Shown: piece by piece, positions 50,645 to 63,612 of the stretch
How positions within the stretch are numbered: the first letter of the stretch is position 1
How the letters are laid out: each line of letters starts with the position of its first letter
Assembly (NCBI GenBank): GCA_964016885.1
Contig: OZ024743.1
Span: 369,024,001 to 369,088,000, forward strand
Direction of reading: 5' to 3'
From: Eledone cirrhosa
Taxonomy: Eukaryota
DNA: 64,000 nucleotides
Notes under the pieces: model-generated
Database searches by the model: none
The model's input: the letters and a program-made list of their open reading frames with translations, nothing else
What the model was told of the DNA's origin: nothing
Translations under genes and position numbers: made by a program

Positions 50645-51290
50645 CATCATCATCATCATCATCAACGTTTAACGTCCGTGTTCCACGCTTGCATGGGTTT
50701 GGACGGGGGTAGTCCCACTTGAGGCAAGAGTGATTGTCTTGCTCGCATAGGACTGTCTGGCAGGTTTTCTACAGTTGGATGCCCTTCCTAACACCAACCA
50801 CATTTACAGTGTGGGTCTGGGAGGTTTTTACCGTGTTGCCTACACGGCCACATTACAGCGTGGACTGTGTGTTTTTTTGTCGTGACACCTACACGATCTC
50901 ATTTGTTTCGGCCTGGATGGTGTGGCACCAACATAACTTTACATAGGAGGGGGTGGTGTGGATGGGGTGGGGGTGGTGGGACGGGGGTGTATTTTGTTAG
51001 AGATGCCTACTGGCTGTAGTAGGTTTTACTATGTATTTAGGTAAGGCGGGTCTTCTCTATTACTGAGTACCGCCAAAGGTCTCGGTCCAGTGACATTGTC
51101 TTGGAGAGGTGTAAGTGTGTGATGTCGGAGTTTATCAGCTCGTCCCAGGTTTTTCTAGGTCTGCCTATTCCGTGGCAACCGTCTATCTTTATTGCCCTGC
51201 ACTTTGTTATACAGCTATCGACTTTCATGCGCATCACGTGACCATACCAACGTAGCCTTCTCTTGAGTAAACAACATCTGATCCCTCTTA
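50645..51290 (-). mobile_element. RTE LINE 3' end
   Basis: IRGIRCCLLKRRLRWYGHVMRMK...GRPRKTWDELI; near-identical to 21517-22268. Confidence 0.85.
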
Positions 51291-51535
51291 TATATTGTAT
51301 ATATGTGTGTGTGTGTATATATAAGAAATAGGGTGGGGTAAGATACCACGTGGACCATAACACACCAGAGTACTCAATACTTAGGGTAGCAGAATGGGTA
51401 GTAGGAAAGGAGTCAGAACCCCGATAGTTGAGCTCCGGCCGTTTCAACAGCTAGATCTAGCTGTCAAAACGGCCGGAGCTCAGCCGTCGGGTCCTGACTC
51501 TTATCCTATATATATATATATATATAATTCGGCTA

Positions 51536-51568
<33 letters not shown>

Positions 51569-51569
<1 letters not shown>

Positions 51570-52225
51570 TAGCCGAATTACCCGCGCCTTGCTGACTTTC
51601 ACACATTTTTTTTTGTAAGAAAATGATGATTGATTTTAAATCAGTGATATAATTTATGAAGAAAAACTCTGTATTTCAATATTACTCAATGTAAAATGTA
51701 ATGCATGAAAAATTGGAAAACATTATTTTTTTGTAATATATCAAATCAAAATTACATTATTAAATCTTATTCTTATTTTGTTTCTTGTAAATCATTTTTT
51801 TCAAAATATCAATTCAAAACTTTTGTGAATAGGCATTATATCTTGTCATTGACCTATGGTTTAAATTTCATATAAATCGAAGGGAAAAAATTTCAGCAGG
51901 GGTTTGTGCCTCAGGGGAATCCTAATAAGGTGTTTAACCCCCATTATGGTGTCTTAATATTATTGAAATAAGCTGAAATTTTGTGAATAGGCATCATATC
52001 TTGTCGTTTACCTATAGTTTAAATTTCATATAAATCGAAGTGAAAATATTTTCAGCAGGGGTTTTGTGCCCCCAGGGAACCCTTTGATTAAAATGAAATA
52101 TACTTATCCAAGTACCCCGGGCAATGTGATTTCAGAATATATATGGTTAGTGGGTCTATCTCCAAAACAATAGGAGGAGTTCATGAACAAACAAACGAAC
52201 AGACAGGAATACAACTTTATATATA
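51569..52225 (+). mobile_element. Non-autonomous Helitron/Helentron (DINE-1/Lep1-like) element
   Basis: 5' ctagccgaattacccgcgccttgc, internal tandem duplication of about 160 bp, 3' acaaacaaacgaacagacag...actttatata. Confidence 0.5.
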
Positions 52226-52268
52226 TATATATATATAAGATCAAAAGATGGTTAAAAGAGTTCCAAGA

Positions 52269-52338
52269 ATTTTATTATGCACATTTCAAAAACAAATATC
52301 ATCATGAGATGACATTTGCGTTTTCGTCAGATAAAATA
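52269..52338 (-). ncRNA. Type I hammerhead (CUGACGA), family of 23154-23224
   Basis: Minus strand: tattttat CTGACGA aaacgcaaatgtcatc-tcat-gatgatatttgttttt GAAA tgtgca TA ataaaat. Confidence 0.75.
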
Positions 52339-52485
52339 GGGAGACATGATATGAAGTTTAAAAAACACTTGTGAATAGTGCAGTTTTAAATTAACATATT
52401 ATTTATACTCCAGTACTACAAACTGTAGAGTGCTACTTATCCGATATCTGCATTGCTTTATTGTACTACAATAAAACTCACCTCC

Positions 52486-52520
<35 letters not shown>

Positions 52521-55500
52521 TTACTTGTTCTTGTGGTGGCATTTACCTGGGGCGGGTTGAACCGGCTCCATTGAAGGAATTCATGGTGTAAGTTCATTTC
52601 AATGAAGTTTCTTTGGGCAATTGGTTTCACAAGTGGTGCTCATCTGCAAGTATAGGCAGTTTAGGATAGTTTGATCCAAGTATTGCATAACTTACAGGGC
52701 TAAGATCAAGTTTTCAGACCCAACCCAATTTGGTGGAGCCAGTGTTACGATGGTGATGCATAGGAGGGAGTTTGGCTGGCAGAAGTAATAAACACAACCT
52801 ATATGAGCCATTTTGTAAGCCAGCAGGAGCTCAGCCCACTTCCCAGGTCAAGCATACCGATCCTCAGCACCTATTTATATATATATAGAGAGAGAGAGAG
52901 TGAGAGAGAGAGAGTGAGAGAGAGAGAAAGAGTGAGAGAGAGAGAATATAAATTCCTAAAGTTTTTTATAGTAACTTAAGTTTGAATAATGCCTTTAAAC
53001 AGACAAAATATGAAAGAAATTAATGTGACAGAGCCACCTGTGGGATTGAACCACACATTGGATGTAGGCTTGAAAACTTCATAGATCACTACACTAAAAT
53101 GACCTGACAAATTTCAGCCTCAAGAGTTGACTGGGTGGTACGTGTACTGAGGAGGATGTCATGTCTTTGTTTGACAAGTTTTCTAGGAATGGATGCCCTT
53201 CTTATTGAGTGTACTGGATGCCCTTCCTTTACAGAGTGTACTGGGGGAAATTTTATCATGTCAACAGCATTAGAGAGGTTGTCAAATTGTGATTGAAGGG
53301 CCCTCTCGACCCATTTTGACATGATTTGAGATCAGCTCTGACCACCCTTTCATATATATGAACAGTAATCCAGTATGTAACTTTATACTTAAGTCACTTT
53401 GCCAAGAAATCAGTGCATATCTCCAAGTTCCTATTCCACAGCAAAGGTTAACTGTTTTAACATTGAATGTCCTGTATCATATGAAACCGCATTAGCAAGA
53501 CATTCTTGAAAATTACAAAACAGTACTGAGACTGCATCACATTAAATATTAAAATCTTTAGTTTACTGTAAATTTTCACGATTTGACCACCAGTAAAGAT
53601 ACTATAAACACTTGAATTAACAAACCGACTTTTAGATATTTTCTACTAAATCATTACAGGATACTAAGAGTTAGTATTAACCTGATCGATGTTAAAATGT
53701 TCATATTTCGATTAAAATCTCAATCAAAAGTTTATTACAATTTCAATGATTAACATTAGGTTTCATATATTCAACACCAAGATGGATCTTGGGTAATAAC
53801 TGAAAGAATATGATTGCAAATACAAGTGGCTGATATGAGGTTCCTCTGAAGGGTCCTTGGGATAAATGTTTCTTGATAGAGTATGTAGCTCAGAGATCAG
53901 AGTGTCGCTCCAGATAGAGATGCTACATCTCTGATGAGCGATAACAGCTTCAATACTATAGATATGTGATTAGAATGTCTTAGGTAAGAATTTAAGAATT
54001 GCTGGACAGATTTCATGGTCAAAATTAATAGGTAGGAGACCCAGGAGAAGACTTTGAGCAAGATGGTTGGATGTACATTGGATAAACTATGTTAGAAAAA
54101 AGATAAAATGTTCAAAACTCAAACATCTCTGGTAGAATTATTGAAGTATTGGACAAAATACCTTGTATTTACTTTACTCCTTTAATATTCCAAGTTCAAA
54201 TTCTGCCAAGGTCAATTCAACTTTGATCTCCATCCTTCCAGGAACAATAAAATAAAGTACCACAGTAAAGTACCACAATAAAGTACCACAAAGATCAATT
54301 TAATATTTCTATAAAAGCATTCCATATGTGAATGGAATTATAACAGAAAAGGTCAGTCATAACACTAGATAAGGGCTGACCTATGGCTAAACAACAACAA
54401 AAACAACCGCTGCATATGTGATACAGATAGTTTGCTTAATCTTGTTTATATCAACCTGCATGAAACTTCCCCTGATTCTATGATACAACATTGCCAATTT
54501 CCAAGTGTCTCCACTATTTCACCAGATCTACCTGTGAGAGGGCCAACATTAAGTGTTGCAACTCTGAGATGCGATGTCTTCATATTTTTGTTGTTCCTAT
54601 ATATTTGTTGCTGTGCTCATAATTGTTTTGGCATTGATACACTGGTTGGATGCCTTTCCTAACACCAGTGCCACTTTACAGCATGGACTGGGTGCTTTTA
54701 TTCGTGCCACTAGCACTAGAGAGGATGTCTTACTGGACTCATGGGCCCTCTCTACCCCTCCATTTTACAGCATGGTCATAATAAAAAAAATAATTAAAAA
54801 ATCCATCATAATTTCATACAAGAAATTTTTGTTAAATAATGTTCTAAAAAAAGAGTTAGTTATTCCATTTTTTTATTATTTTAAAAAATTATTGAAACAT
54901 ATAATGTATTTAATTGAAAATATAGTAAAACAAGGTTAAACTGTGTGTATCTTGGTTTTAGAATAGACACATCATATCCCTGTATGTTGGCAACAGGAAG
55001 AGTATCCAACTGTAAACCATTGCTTCAAAAAGAGAATCATGTTGAATATATATATTGTTGAAAGATATGCACATACAAACATATATATATATATATAAAT
55101 GCCGAATTCAACTCATAAGACATTGGTCAACTAAAGGTTATGGTAGAAGTCATTTGTAAATAGTTGCAAACAATATGGTTGAATCTAGATCAAAATTGAT
55201 GTAAAACCTACTTCTTAACCCCAAAGTTATGCCTACATCTATATTTTTATAGATTTTATAGATTTTTATCAGTTTTTATCGTCATGTTTTATGTCTGTCA
55301 TGGGTTGGACAGGTTGATACAGTCCAAGACTAGACAAGTTGGGGTAGGAGCATGTCTTGCTCATATGTTCCATCTTTGGCTTTGTTTCTATGGCTAAATG
55401 CCCTTCCTAATGCTATCCACATTACAAAGTGTACTGGGTGCAGTTTATTGTGGCACCAGCACTATCACTTACAAAGCATACTGGGTGTATTTTATCAGGG

Positions 55501-56674
55501 CACCAGCACTACCAATTACAAAGTGTACTGAGTTCACTATAAATATGAAGTTATAATACTTTTCAATTTCAATTTAGGCATTATACAATTTTAAAAACTA
55601 ATCTTATTGTTGTTTTTAATTTCTAACATTATTACAACAAAATAATAATACTAAATAAATATATATATATAAGAAACAGCCATGTAAACCTAATCTACTT
55701 TTGTCTAGACTCTGCAATAAAAAAACTGAATGAAGGAGAAAAAGAAAAAAAAGAATATTCTACTTATTGTAGTTCCTAAATCTAGCACCTTCCGCCAGTC
55801 TGAAAGTAAGATATACGATATATGCAAATAATATTAAACTTTTCAATATAATAAGTTAATCTGAGGAATCAGTTACATCAAATGTCATTTATTTTTTGGA
55901 GGGGTTAGTATGTATAAAGAGAAATATTGTGAGGTTGTGTGAGTTGCTAGACAAAGTTCCTCATTCTTGATCCTTGGCTTAGGATTGGGAACAAGATACT
56001 GGTAATAGCAATTCACACAGCTTCAGCTTTGAGTAAATGTGAGTGTATGTGTATGTACATATATAAATAAATATATATATATATTTAAATAAATATATAT
56101 ATATATATATATATATTATCTCCCAACTAGTGGACTAATGAGAGTAAGTTAAACAATTTTTCACTTTTTTTTATTGTGTTTTTGTTTTGATATGCACTCT
56201 AATTCCTGCTATTAATTTTATCTCTCACTCTTTTAAGTTGTGAAATAGACTGGTTTTAAGCATGCGGCTACTATATATCGAACTATAATAGATAATGGCA
56301 TTTAAAGTCTGTTAAATGTTCTTGGCACTACCATTGTTACTATCGCTTTCCTCTAGCCATGGGACTTGGAGGCATGAGCCGAATGCTACCATTCTATTAT
56401 ATATCGATGTGGACTGCTATTTCTAATAACCATCTTTTCACCTCTTAGTAATTTGTGTGTGAGACACGTTGGCTGAGAGCTTTTGACAGGAACGAAAAGA
56501 TTTGTTTTCTATTCTCCCGCCACCACGTAAAGTTTGTAAATCGGTGGCTAGTCGAGGGACAGTTGTATTGGATTCCAGTTGCTAATCACTTTACTGTGTC
56601 GGTTGTCACAAACAGGTCATGGCCGGCATGGGCTGGGGTTTGGATTCTGCCGATCAATTGGTTATTGATTAGGC

Positions 56675-56796
56675 AATACTCACTGATGAAGCCGCATACT
56701 CTGATTATGCATTGTTGCATAATATATGCTGACGGAGGGTGCAGTGCACCTTATTGTTGCATTAAGTGTGGCCAAAACTCGAGTCTGGGAACTATT
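56675..56796 (+). ncRNA. Hammerhead-like motif with about 85-nt stem II domain (GAAA>AAAA)
   Basis: aata ctca CTGATGA a-gccgcat...gtgtggc-c AAAA ctcgag TC tggg aac tatt. Confidence 0.5.
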
Positions 56797-56953
56797 ATAG
56801 GCATCCGTTTTATGTGTGTTGTATTGAAGCGAATAACTGTGTGTATACTCTGGGAATGTATCTTACATTGCCTATTGAGTATGCTATTGAGTACGTCGGT
56901 ACTGGCATTGATAAATATGCTGGGTCCGTCAACTCCTTATTATAGATATATAG

Positions 56954-57047
<94 letters not shown>

Positions 57048-57584
57048 GTATGTGTGTGTGTGTATGAGTCTGTGTGTATGTACGTGTCCTAAAATCCTAA
57101 CACATCAGTCATAACCTCCTCGCTATAGAAAAAGATGGGCTTTTTAGTTAAATCAATGACTGAAATCCCATAGATGGGTGACGAAAGATCTTTGATAGAC
57201 TATATATATATATATTTATATCTGTATTTTTAACCATTGGTCAATCATTGATTGTCAGATAAATTAACTATGGTGATATAAAAGATACAGAAACGAAAAC
57301 CGGAAAACCAATCCAAACCAAACAGTGAGTGTGTTATGTTATTATTTCTGGCAATATTGTAGCAATATGACCCTCCCCAAATATAACAATATTTGTTTCA
57401 ACACACAATTTCATATCAAAAACCTTGCAAAAAAAATTTATATATATATACTCCTTCGGAATTACCTAACACATATATGTGCGTGTGTGTAAAACGTAAG
57501 CAGAAATAACAAAAATAACAAAACAAATGGCACAGTACATGGAAGAAATATATTAGTTTAACACTTGAAATAGCAGGAAGAGAG

Positions 57585-57620
57585 TCTTAACATTTTGGAC
57601 ATTAGTCCTTCATCAGAAGA
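57585..57620 (-). ncRNA. CpG-decayed minimal hammerhead
   Basis: Minus strand: tctt CTGATGA a-ggac-taat-gtcc AAAA tg TT aaga; family of 32821-32856. Confidence 0.5.
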
Positions 57621-57737
57621 TAGAATTAAAAATAGAAGATAGATAGAAAGTAAAGACCAGACAGAGGAAGGAACAAGGAAAATGGGAAAAAATTATGGAG
57701 AAAAAAACACACATCCGTATTCAGTGGGCCATAAATC

Positions 57738-58236
57738 TTCTTCTTTTTCTTCTGTGCCCACTTATTCCTGAGAGTGTCATGGGGGAAGAGTCTTCAAAAC
57801 TCCTTCCAGCAGGTCCTGTCAGAAGCAACTGTCTCCGACTGATTCAGCTGGAATTTGCAAACAACATGATGTTATTTAACTCAACAAAAGGTGACCTCCG
57901 ACTTGCACTTGATAGGTTTGATGCCGAGTGCTGCATGGCTGGAATTAAAATCAGTGCTGAGAAAACTCAGACACTCATCCTCTCAAGGAATCCTGTGCAG
58001 TGCAATCCACATGTGAATAGAGTTCTACTGAAGTAGGTGGAAAAGTTCAAGTATCTTGGGGCTCTGTTCATGAGTGATGGAAGGCAGGAGACTGGATTAA
58101 GTGCAAGAATTGCAGGAGCTGGTGCAGTAATGTGCTAGCTTCAATATTCTGAAATCAGAAGAAGAGAGGTAGGTGTAAAAGCCAAACTCGCTATCTTCCA
58201 TTTGGTATTCATGCCAACCCTTACCTTTGGTCATGA
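57738..58236. mobile_element. RTE fragments: inverted 3' end joined to a plus-strand RT segment
   Basis: 57738-57850 matches the RTE 3' end in reverse; 57842-58236 LEFANNMMLFNSTKGDLRLALDRFDAEC...VEKFKYLG matches 6825-7035; another copy at 63205-63452. Confidence 0.7.
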
Positions 58237-58741
58237 ATACATATATATAAGTGAATACATAAATAACCAATTATTTAATTGATTTAGACATGGTTCATTT
58301 AAATACAGAAGGAGGTAAAATTATATTTCTATGTATGGAATTCATCAGAATCATTAGATAATATAAAAAAGATATTTTTTTACCAACTGCCTGTTTAATG
58401 ATTCCAAATACGAAAAATTCGAAAAATGTAAAATAAAGCTTTACATACAGTCGGGAAAACGTTAAAAATTATGTAAGACCAGTCACGCAAAATTAAAATG
58501 TTTAGTAACACATATACTATGTAGTTGTTAGTTTGACTACTAAATTTAAATAATATATTAATCTTGATTATTTATTTATTCATCTGTGATGGTGTAAAAC
58601 CACTATGATTGGAAATTTACAAATTGGATTATACTCTGAACGGTCTTTTACCAATCTTACAGTAGATAATAAAATCGCATTCAAGCTTTGAATATCTATC
58701 TGTCTTATGTAGTTATATTATCAACTCATTTGATTTACTTT

Positions 58742-59880
58742 ATAATAATAATAATAATGAAATTATTGTGTAAAGTGCTCAGGTGCACTACAACTCGTCA
58801 AAGGTGCATGTATAGTACATAGAATAATACACAAATGTCAGGGAAGTGAATAGTGTATGAGTCATGATATACATGTGTGTATGTGTATGGAGGGGGAACA
58901 TTAGGTGCAGTGTTGGCGAATCTCAGGAAGCATGGAGGTTTTAAAGGATGCAGTGTCTCAACAGCTAACAACTGATGCAGATAGTTTGTTCCATGCTTCA
59001 GCAACTCTGAGCATGAAAAAATGTTTCCGAAAGTCATGGGAACTGTGCTGTTTTCTGACTTTGTGGGCATGCCCACGTGTGTTAGACATATGGAAATAGG
59101 TGTTTACCAAGTCAGTTGCCAGGTGTCGGAGCTTCAATGTATCCATGCCCAGGGAAGCAAGGTGTTCAGAGTATGGTAGATGCCTGATGGAGGGTATTCG
59201 CTTGGTTGGACGTCTCTGAACAGTTTCCAGGCGGTCAATGTTCTGAGCAAGATAGGGGTTCCAGACTGGTGATGCAAATTCTAAGTGTGGCCGCACCATA
59301 GCCATGTACAGCCTTAAATAAATAGCTGGAGAGTGGCTGACAAAGGTCTTGCTGAGTGATGCTAAGACACCCTTGGCTCTCTTGACAATTTTAGAGACAT
59401 GCTTCGTCCAATGCAAATCGCTGCTGACCGTAATGTACAGGTCACGTTCACAAGAAGACTTCTTGATATTATTGATGTGGAGGGAGTATGTGGACGCTGG
59501 GTTTTTACTCCCAAAATGCATGGTGGTGCACCTATCCACAGCTAGCTTGAGTTGCCAGTCTGAGATCCATTGTTGCATTGTGTCCAGGTCAGACTGCAAG
59601 CAAGATCTACAGTGTTCAGGATCTGTCCTTTTTATCTCAAGGTACAGCTTGATGTCATCTGCGTACTTTAGTGCTGTGGCATTCTTTAAGTTGGCATCTA
59701 TGTCATTAATATATGCCACAAACAAAAGGGCGCCAAGAACAGATTCCTGTGGTACACCAGATGACATCTCATATGGTGAGGAATGCTGTCCCAGAACCGT
59801 GACTACCTCTCTTCGACTGAGAATAAAGGACTTCAACCAGAGAGTGTTGTCAAGCCTTTTGTGTGGCACAGAATTGAAAG
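58742..59880 (-). mobile_element. CR1-group LINE, 5'-truncated RT and 3' UTR with (TAT)n tail
   Basis: ORF 58958-59869(-): SGVPQESVLGALLFVAYIND, LKYADDIKLY, LQSDLD, VRPHLEFASPVWNPY, TRGH..K..FF..RV..AWNKL; second 3' UTR copy at about 61697-61860. Confidence 0.92.
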
Positions 59881-60534
59881 CTTATATATATATACATACA
59901 TATTTATAGAAAAATGAGAAAAACTCAATGCAAGGATAGCTGCTAAATCAGTAAAATGCCATCAATTAAGGCGTTGGGTAAAATCTTACCTTAAAGGTCA
60001 GGAATAAATGGCTAGAAGTGATAGGCAAAGAGGAGCAAGGGAAGAAAATGAAAATTAATACGACAAAATCACACAAGCATGATATATCATCAGCACTCAT
60101 ACTGGAATGTAGTTTCACACGATTTAAAATGGAGGGGACTACATATAATTGCTGGCTCGTGCAACAGAAATTAAGCATTTATGGTCGTATGATGTGTACT
60201 GAAGAAAACGAACAAATTAGATAGACAGACAGATAGACCAGAGGGAGATAAGTAGGAAGCGTCTGGTCAGTACCAAATCGCAGCTAAAAAAGACAACAAG
60301 CCCTAGAACAGTGGAAGTGGTAGCAAGCGGAAGTGACAAAAAAGAGTAACGGGTAGAAGGGGAAGAAAAGAGAAGCAGTAAGAAGAAGGAAGAAGAAGAT
60401 AATGGGGGAGAGAGAGAAGGATGAAAGAAGTGACAGGTTTGAGCAAAGAGTAGAGGAAAGATTAAAAGACAGGACCTGCTGAAAAGTGTGCTTGAGGACA
60501 CGGCTCCCTCTACCCTCACAGAAAATCAGTGGGT

Positions 60535-60592
60535 GAAGAAGAAGAAGAAGAAGAAGAAGAAGAAGAAGAAGAAGAAGAAGAAGAAGAAGAAG
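60535..60592. repeat. (GAA)n microsatellite (RTE tail)
   Basis: Preceded by an RTE 3' end at about 60470-60535. Confidence 0.9.
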
Positions 60593-60779
60593 ATAGCAAT
60601 TTAATTGCAATACTTGCATTTAGATGAAACCAGGCAGCCATGTGGAAACGGCACAGACATTTCCATTACACACATGTATATAATTCATAATTTTTTATAT
60701 TTTAACATTTTTATCCATAATAATAAACAAATCTATTTCTGATAACAACACTACAGATATTTAAAAACGGAAAATGAAG

Positions 60780-61600
60780 GGAAGGGCAAGAGTCCTGGGG
60801 ACACAGAAGAATGGGATGAGGAAGGAGGAAGGTGATGGGCTCTGGGCCTAAGACATGGCGGTGTTGGGGCTGTGACCCAAGAACAAGATCACAAAAGCAG
60901 ACAATGGCCAGCGACACCCTTTGCAACAGCCACCCCAACTCATGAGGCTTCTTCCTCAGATGGGCTGCTGACGTTCCTATCTTACGGAGGGATTCGGCAA
61001 TACGGGGTCCAAGTATTCCTAAGGTCTCAATGGCAATCAGTGTGAAGGGGAAGCAGCCAGACAATCCCCGGTATTTGTTTATCTTCCGTTCCTCTGCATT
61101 ATGGGCCGTGATAGTGGGGTTTGTGGCCGAAGCAACTAAGTTGGAGGTGGAGAACATGTCACAACATGCAGCATCCCAGACGAGGGATCTACCTCCTTTG
61201 AATGGGAATATGGTAATTCCGTAGGGGCACTTGCTGTCTCCATGGTGGAGGCCTGCTGGCTCCAGTTGTGATGCGAAACCAGCTGCGTCCAGGCTCCATC
61301 TCAATATGTTGTTGAGAGTGGCATGTCGGAAGAACCGGCCTGAGTTCTGGCGGCAAGAGAGTGGGTGCAGGCAGAACTTGTCAACGGTCATCCCGCACCA
61401 GCATTTACATGGCTCACACATGTGGAGGCCGAGGCGTTGGGCCACTCCGATGTAAGTGCACTCATCATCAAGAAGTGTACTGGTTGATGAGGAGGGCAAT
61501 GAATTGAGCTATGCACTGCTGTTTAGCTGTAAATTGGAGCAGAGGTAGGCAAGGAAGTGTTGGTCCAAGCTAGACTCAAGCTGTCTGAAGGAAGACCTGC
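60780..61600 (-). mobile_element. CRE-like non-LTR retrotransposon C-terminus (CCHC plus restriction-like endonuclease)
   Basis: CWCG..VDKFCLHPLSC...GRFFRHATLN...EPAGL...DSKCPYGITIFP...LVWD, a degenerate version of the RH..N / EP / RPD / WD RLE motifs. Confidence 0.8.
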
Positions 61601-63483
61601 AGAGATGTCATCCCAGCAATGATTTTCTAAGCTTAACTGTCTTAGTGTGATGTAAAGCAATTATTTAGTCTGTTTGTCATATAGAATGTTATATGATAAT
61701 AATGAAAATTATTGTGTACAGTGCTCAAGTGCACTCCCACTCATCAAAGGTGCATGTATAGTACATAGAATAATGTACAAATGTCAGGAAAGTGAACAGT
61801 GTATGAGTCATGATATACACACAGACACACACACACGTATGTGTGTGTGTGGAGGAGGAATATCATATGTAACATTTTCAACAAACCAGGTTTCAGTGAC
61901 TTTTAAGGGACTTTTTTCTATTATATCCCTTACCCAGCTGGCATTTCACTAACCCTATGTTAATTAGAAGTTGGAATCAGCAATTGGAGACTGTACTGTT
62001 ATTTGCCTAGTTTCCTTAATCATTGAATTATAGATTAAAATAACACAATCAAATTAGTTAATTTGTTGTTATAGTAATATTTGTGTCTTAGTACAATGAG
62101 AGCAGGTCTTAGTACAGCATGAGCCGACAACTTCAGTCAACAGATCTACCACAATGGCATGTCTAATCCTACTGTCAAGTTTCATAGATACTCTACTCTC
62201 TGAAATGTTTTCAATACATAGCTTAGAGGGTGTGATGAGACTCCTAACAACAATACCACTACTACCAGCACCTTCACCAGCACCATCACCACCACCACCA
62301 CCAACTCCACCACCAACAACAACAACTACAACAACAACAACCACAGCAGCAGCCACAACAACAACAACAGCATATCTGTATCTCAGCAAATGAAGAAATC
62401 TCTATATGAGCTTTTGACTGTAAGATAGTAGCCAAATCTCATACAAATGACACCCTACCATCTTACTAAAAAGGAAAAAGATGTAGTTTTAGATCACCTG
62501 CTGAGTGATGGGCTCTACCCAAGATGATGATGATGATGATGTGATATCAAAATCTTCATTTCTTTGCTAATGAAAGCTACCTCCACAAAACATCAATGTA
62601 TGACATATAGGAAAAACTTCAATTCCAACTTAATTCTGCCAGTATTATGAAAAATATCCAGATGGGAAAATTGTCAGTAAAATTTCAATTTTTTTTAAAA
62701 TATATAATTTGAAGTTTAATTACTCTGTGGTCATATAAATATTGTTTTGAAAAACAATGAAATAGCCAAGAACAGAATGTTATTAATTAAAAGTTTATTG
62801 AATGCAGCAATTGTGTTGATTTCACCAACCTGAGATAGAGCTATGAGTGTTGCTCTTACCTAGCAAAAGCATAAGGTCTCTCATTTTGGTGGAAGGTAAA
62901 GTTGATTAAGATCTATTGTATATACTCATATATAAGCCAAGAAATGCATGACAAAAAAAAGATCAAAGGTAAAATGGGGCAGTTTATATTAAAGGTCAAT
63001 ACTTTGTTGATTTTAACTTTAAAATTCTACATAAATGAGGTGCTAAAATATTACGTTTGAAGGTAAATGCTACACCAGTTTCCCTTTGAGTTGAATATTA
63101 CACTGGTTTCACTTTTGAAGCGAAATTTACATTTCCTAATGTTTTTGATATGTTTTGAATGCATATGGCCATCAAAACAGTTAGAAATTGGTAAAAAATA
63201 AGTGCTGCAAAGACTGAGACACTCATCCTCTCAAGGAAGCCTGCACAATGCACTCTACATGTGTGTACAATTCCACTGAAGCAGATGGAGAAGCTCAACT
63301 CTCAAGGTTGTGTTCACAAGTGATGGAAGGCAGGAGGTTGAAATGAGTGCAAGAATTTCAGGAGCTGGTGCAATAATGTGCCAGCTTCAGCATTCGGTAA
63401 TCAGAAGACGAAAGGTAGGTTTAAAAGCCAAACATGCTATCTTCAATCCGGTATGGAGGCAAATTTGGAGGGAGATGAGAAAC

Positions 63484-63493
63484 TAGTAGTAGT

Positions 63494-63592
<99 letters not shown>

Positions 63593-63612
63593 AGTGCTGG
63601 TGGTGCTGGTGT
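63484..63612. repeat. Compound (GCA)n(GTA)n microsatellite
   Basis: Direct reading. Confidence 0.95.

Noticed and set aside
56455-57114. 219-aa ORF
   Set aside because: Non-ATG start, no recognisable domain, and it runs into CA/TA microsatellites.
58320-58355. CTGATGA-N12-GAAA on the minus strand
   Set aside because: Stem II and stem I do not pair convincingly; at best a highly decayed motif.
62069-62393. Overlapping 106-aa and 79-aa ORFs
   Set aside because: Half is trinucleotide low-complexity sequence and the rest has no recognisable domain.
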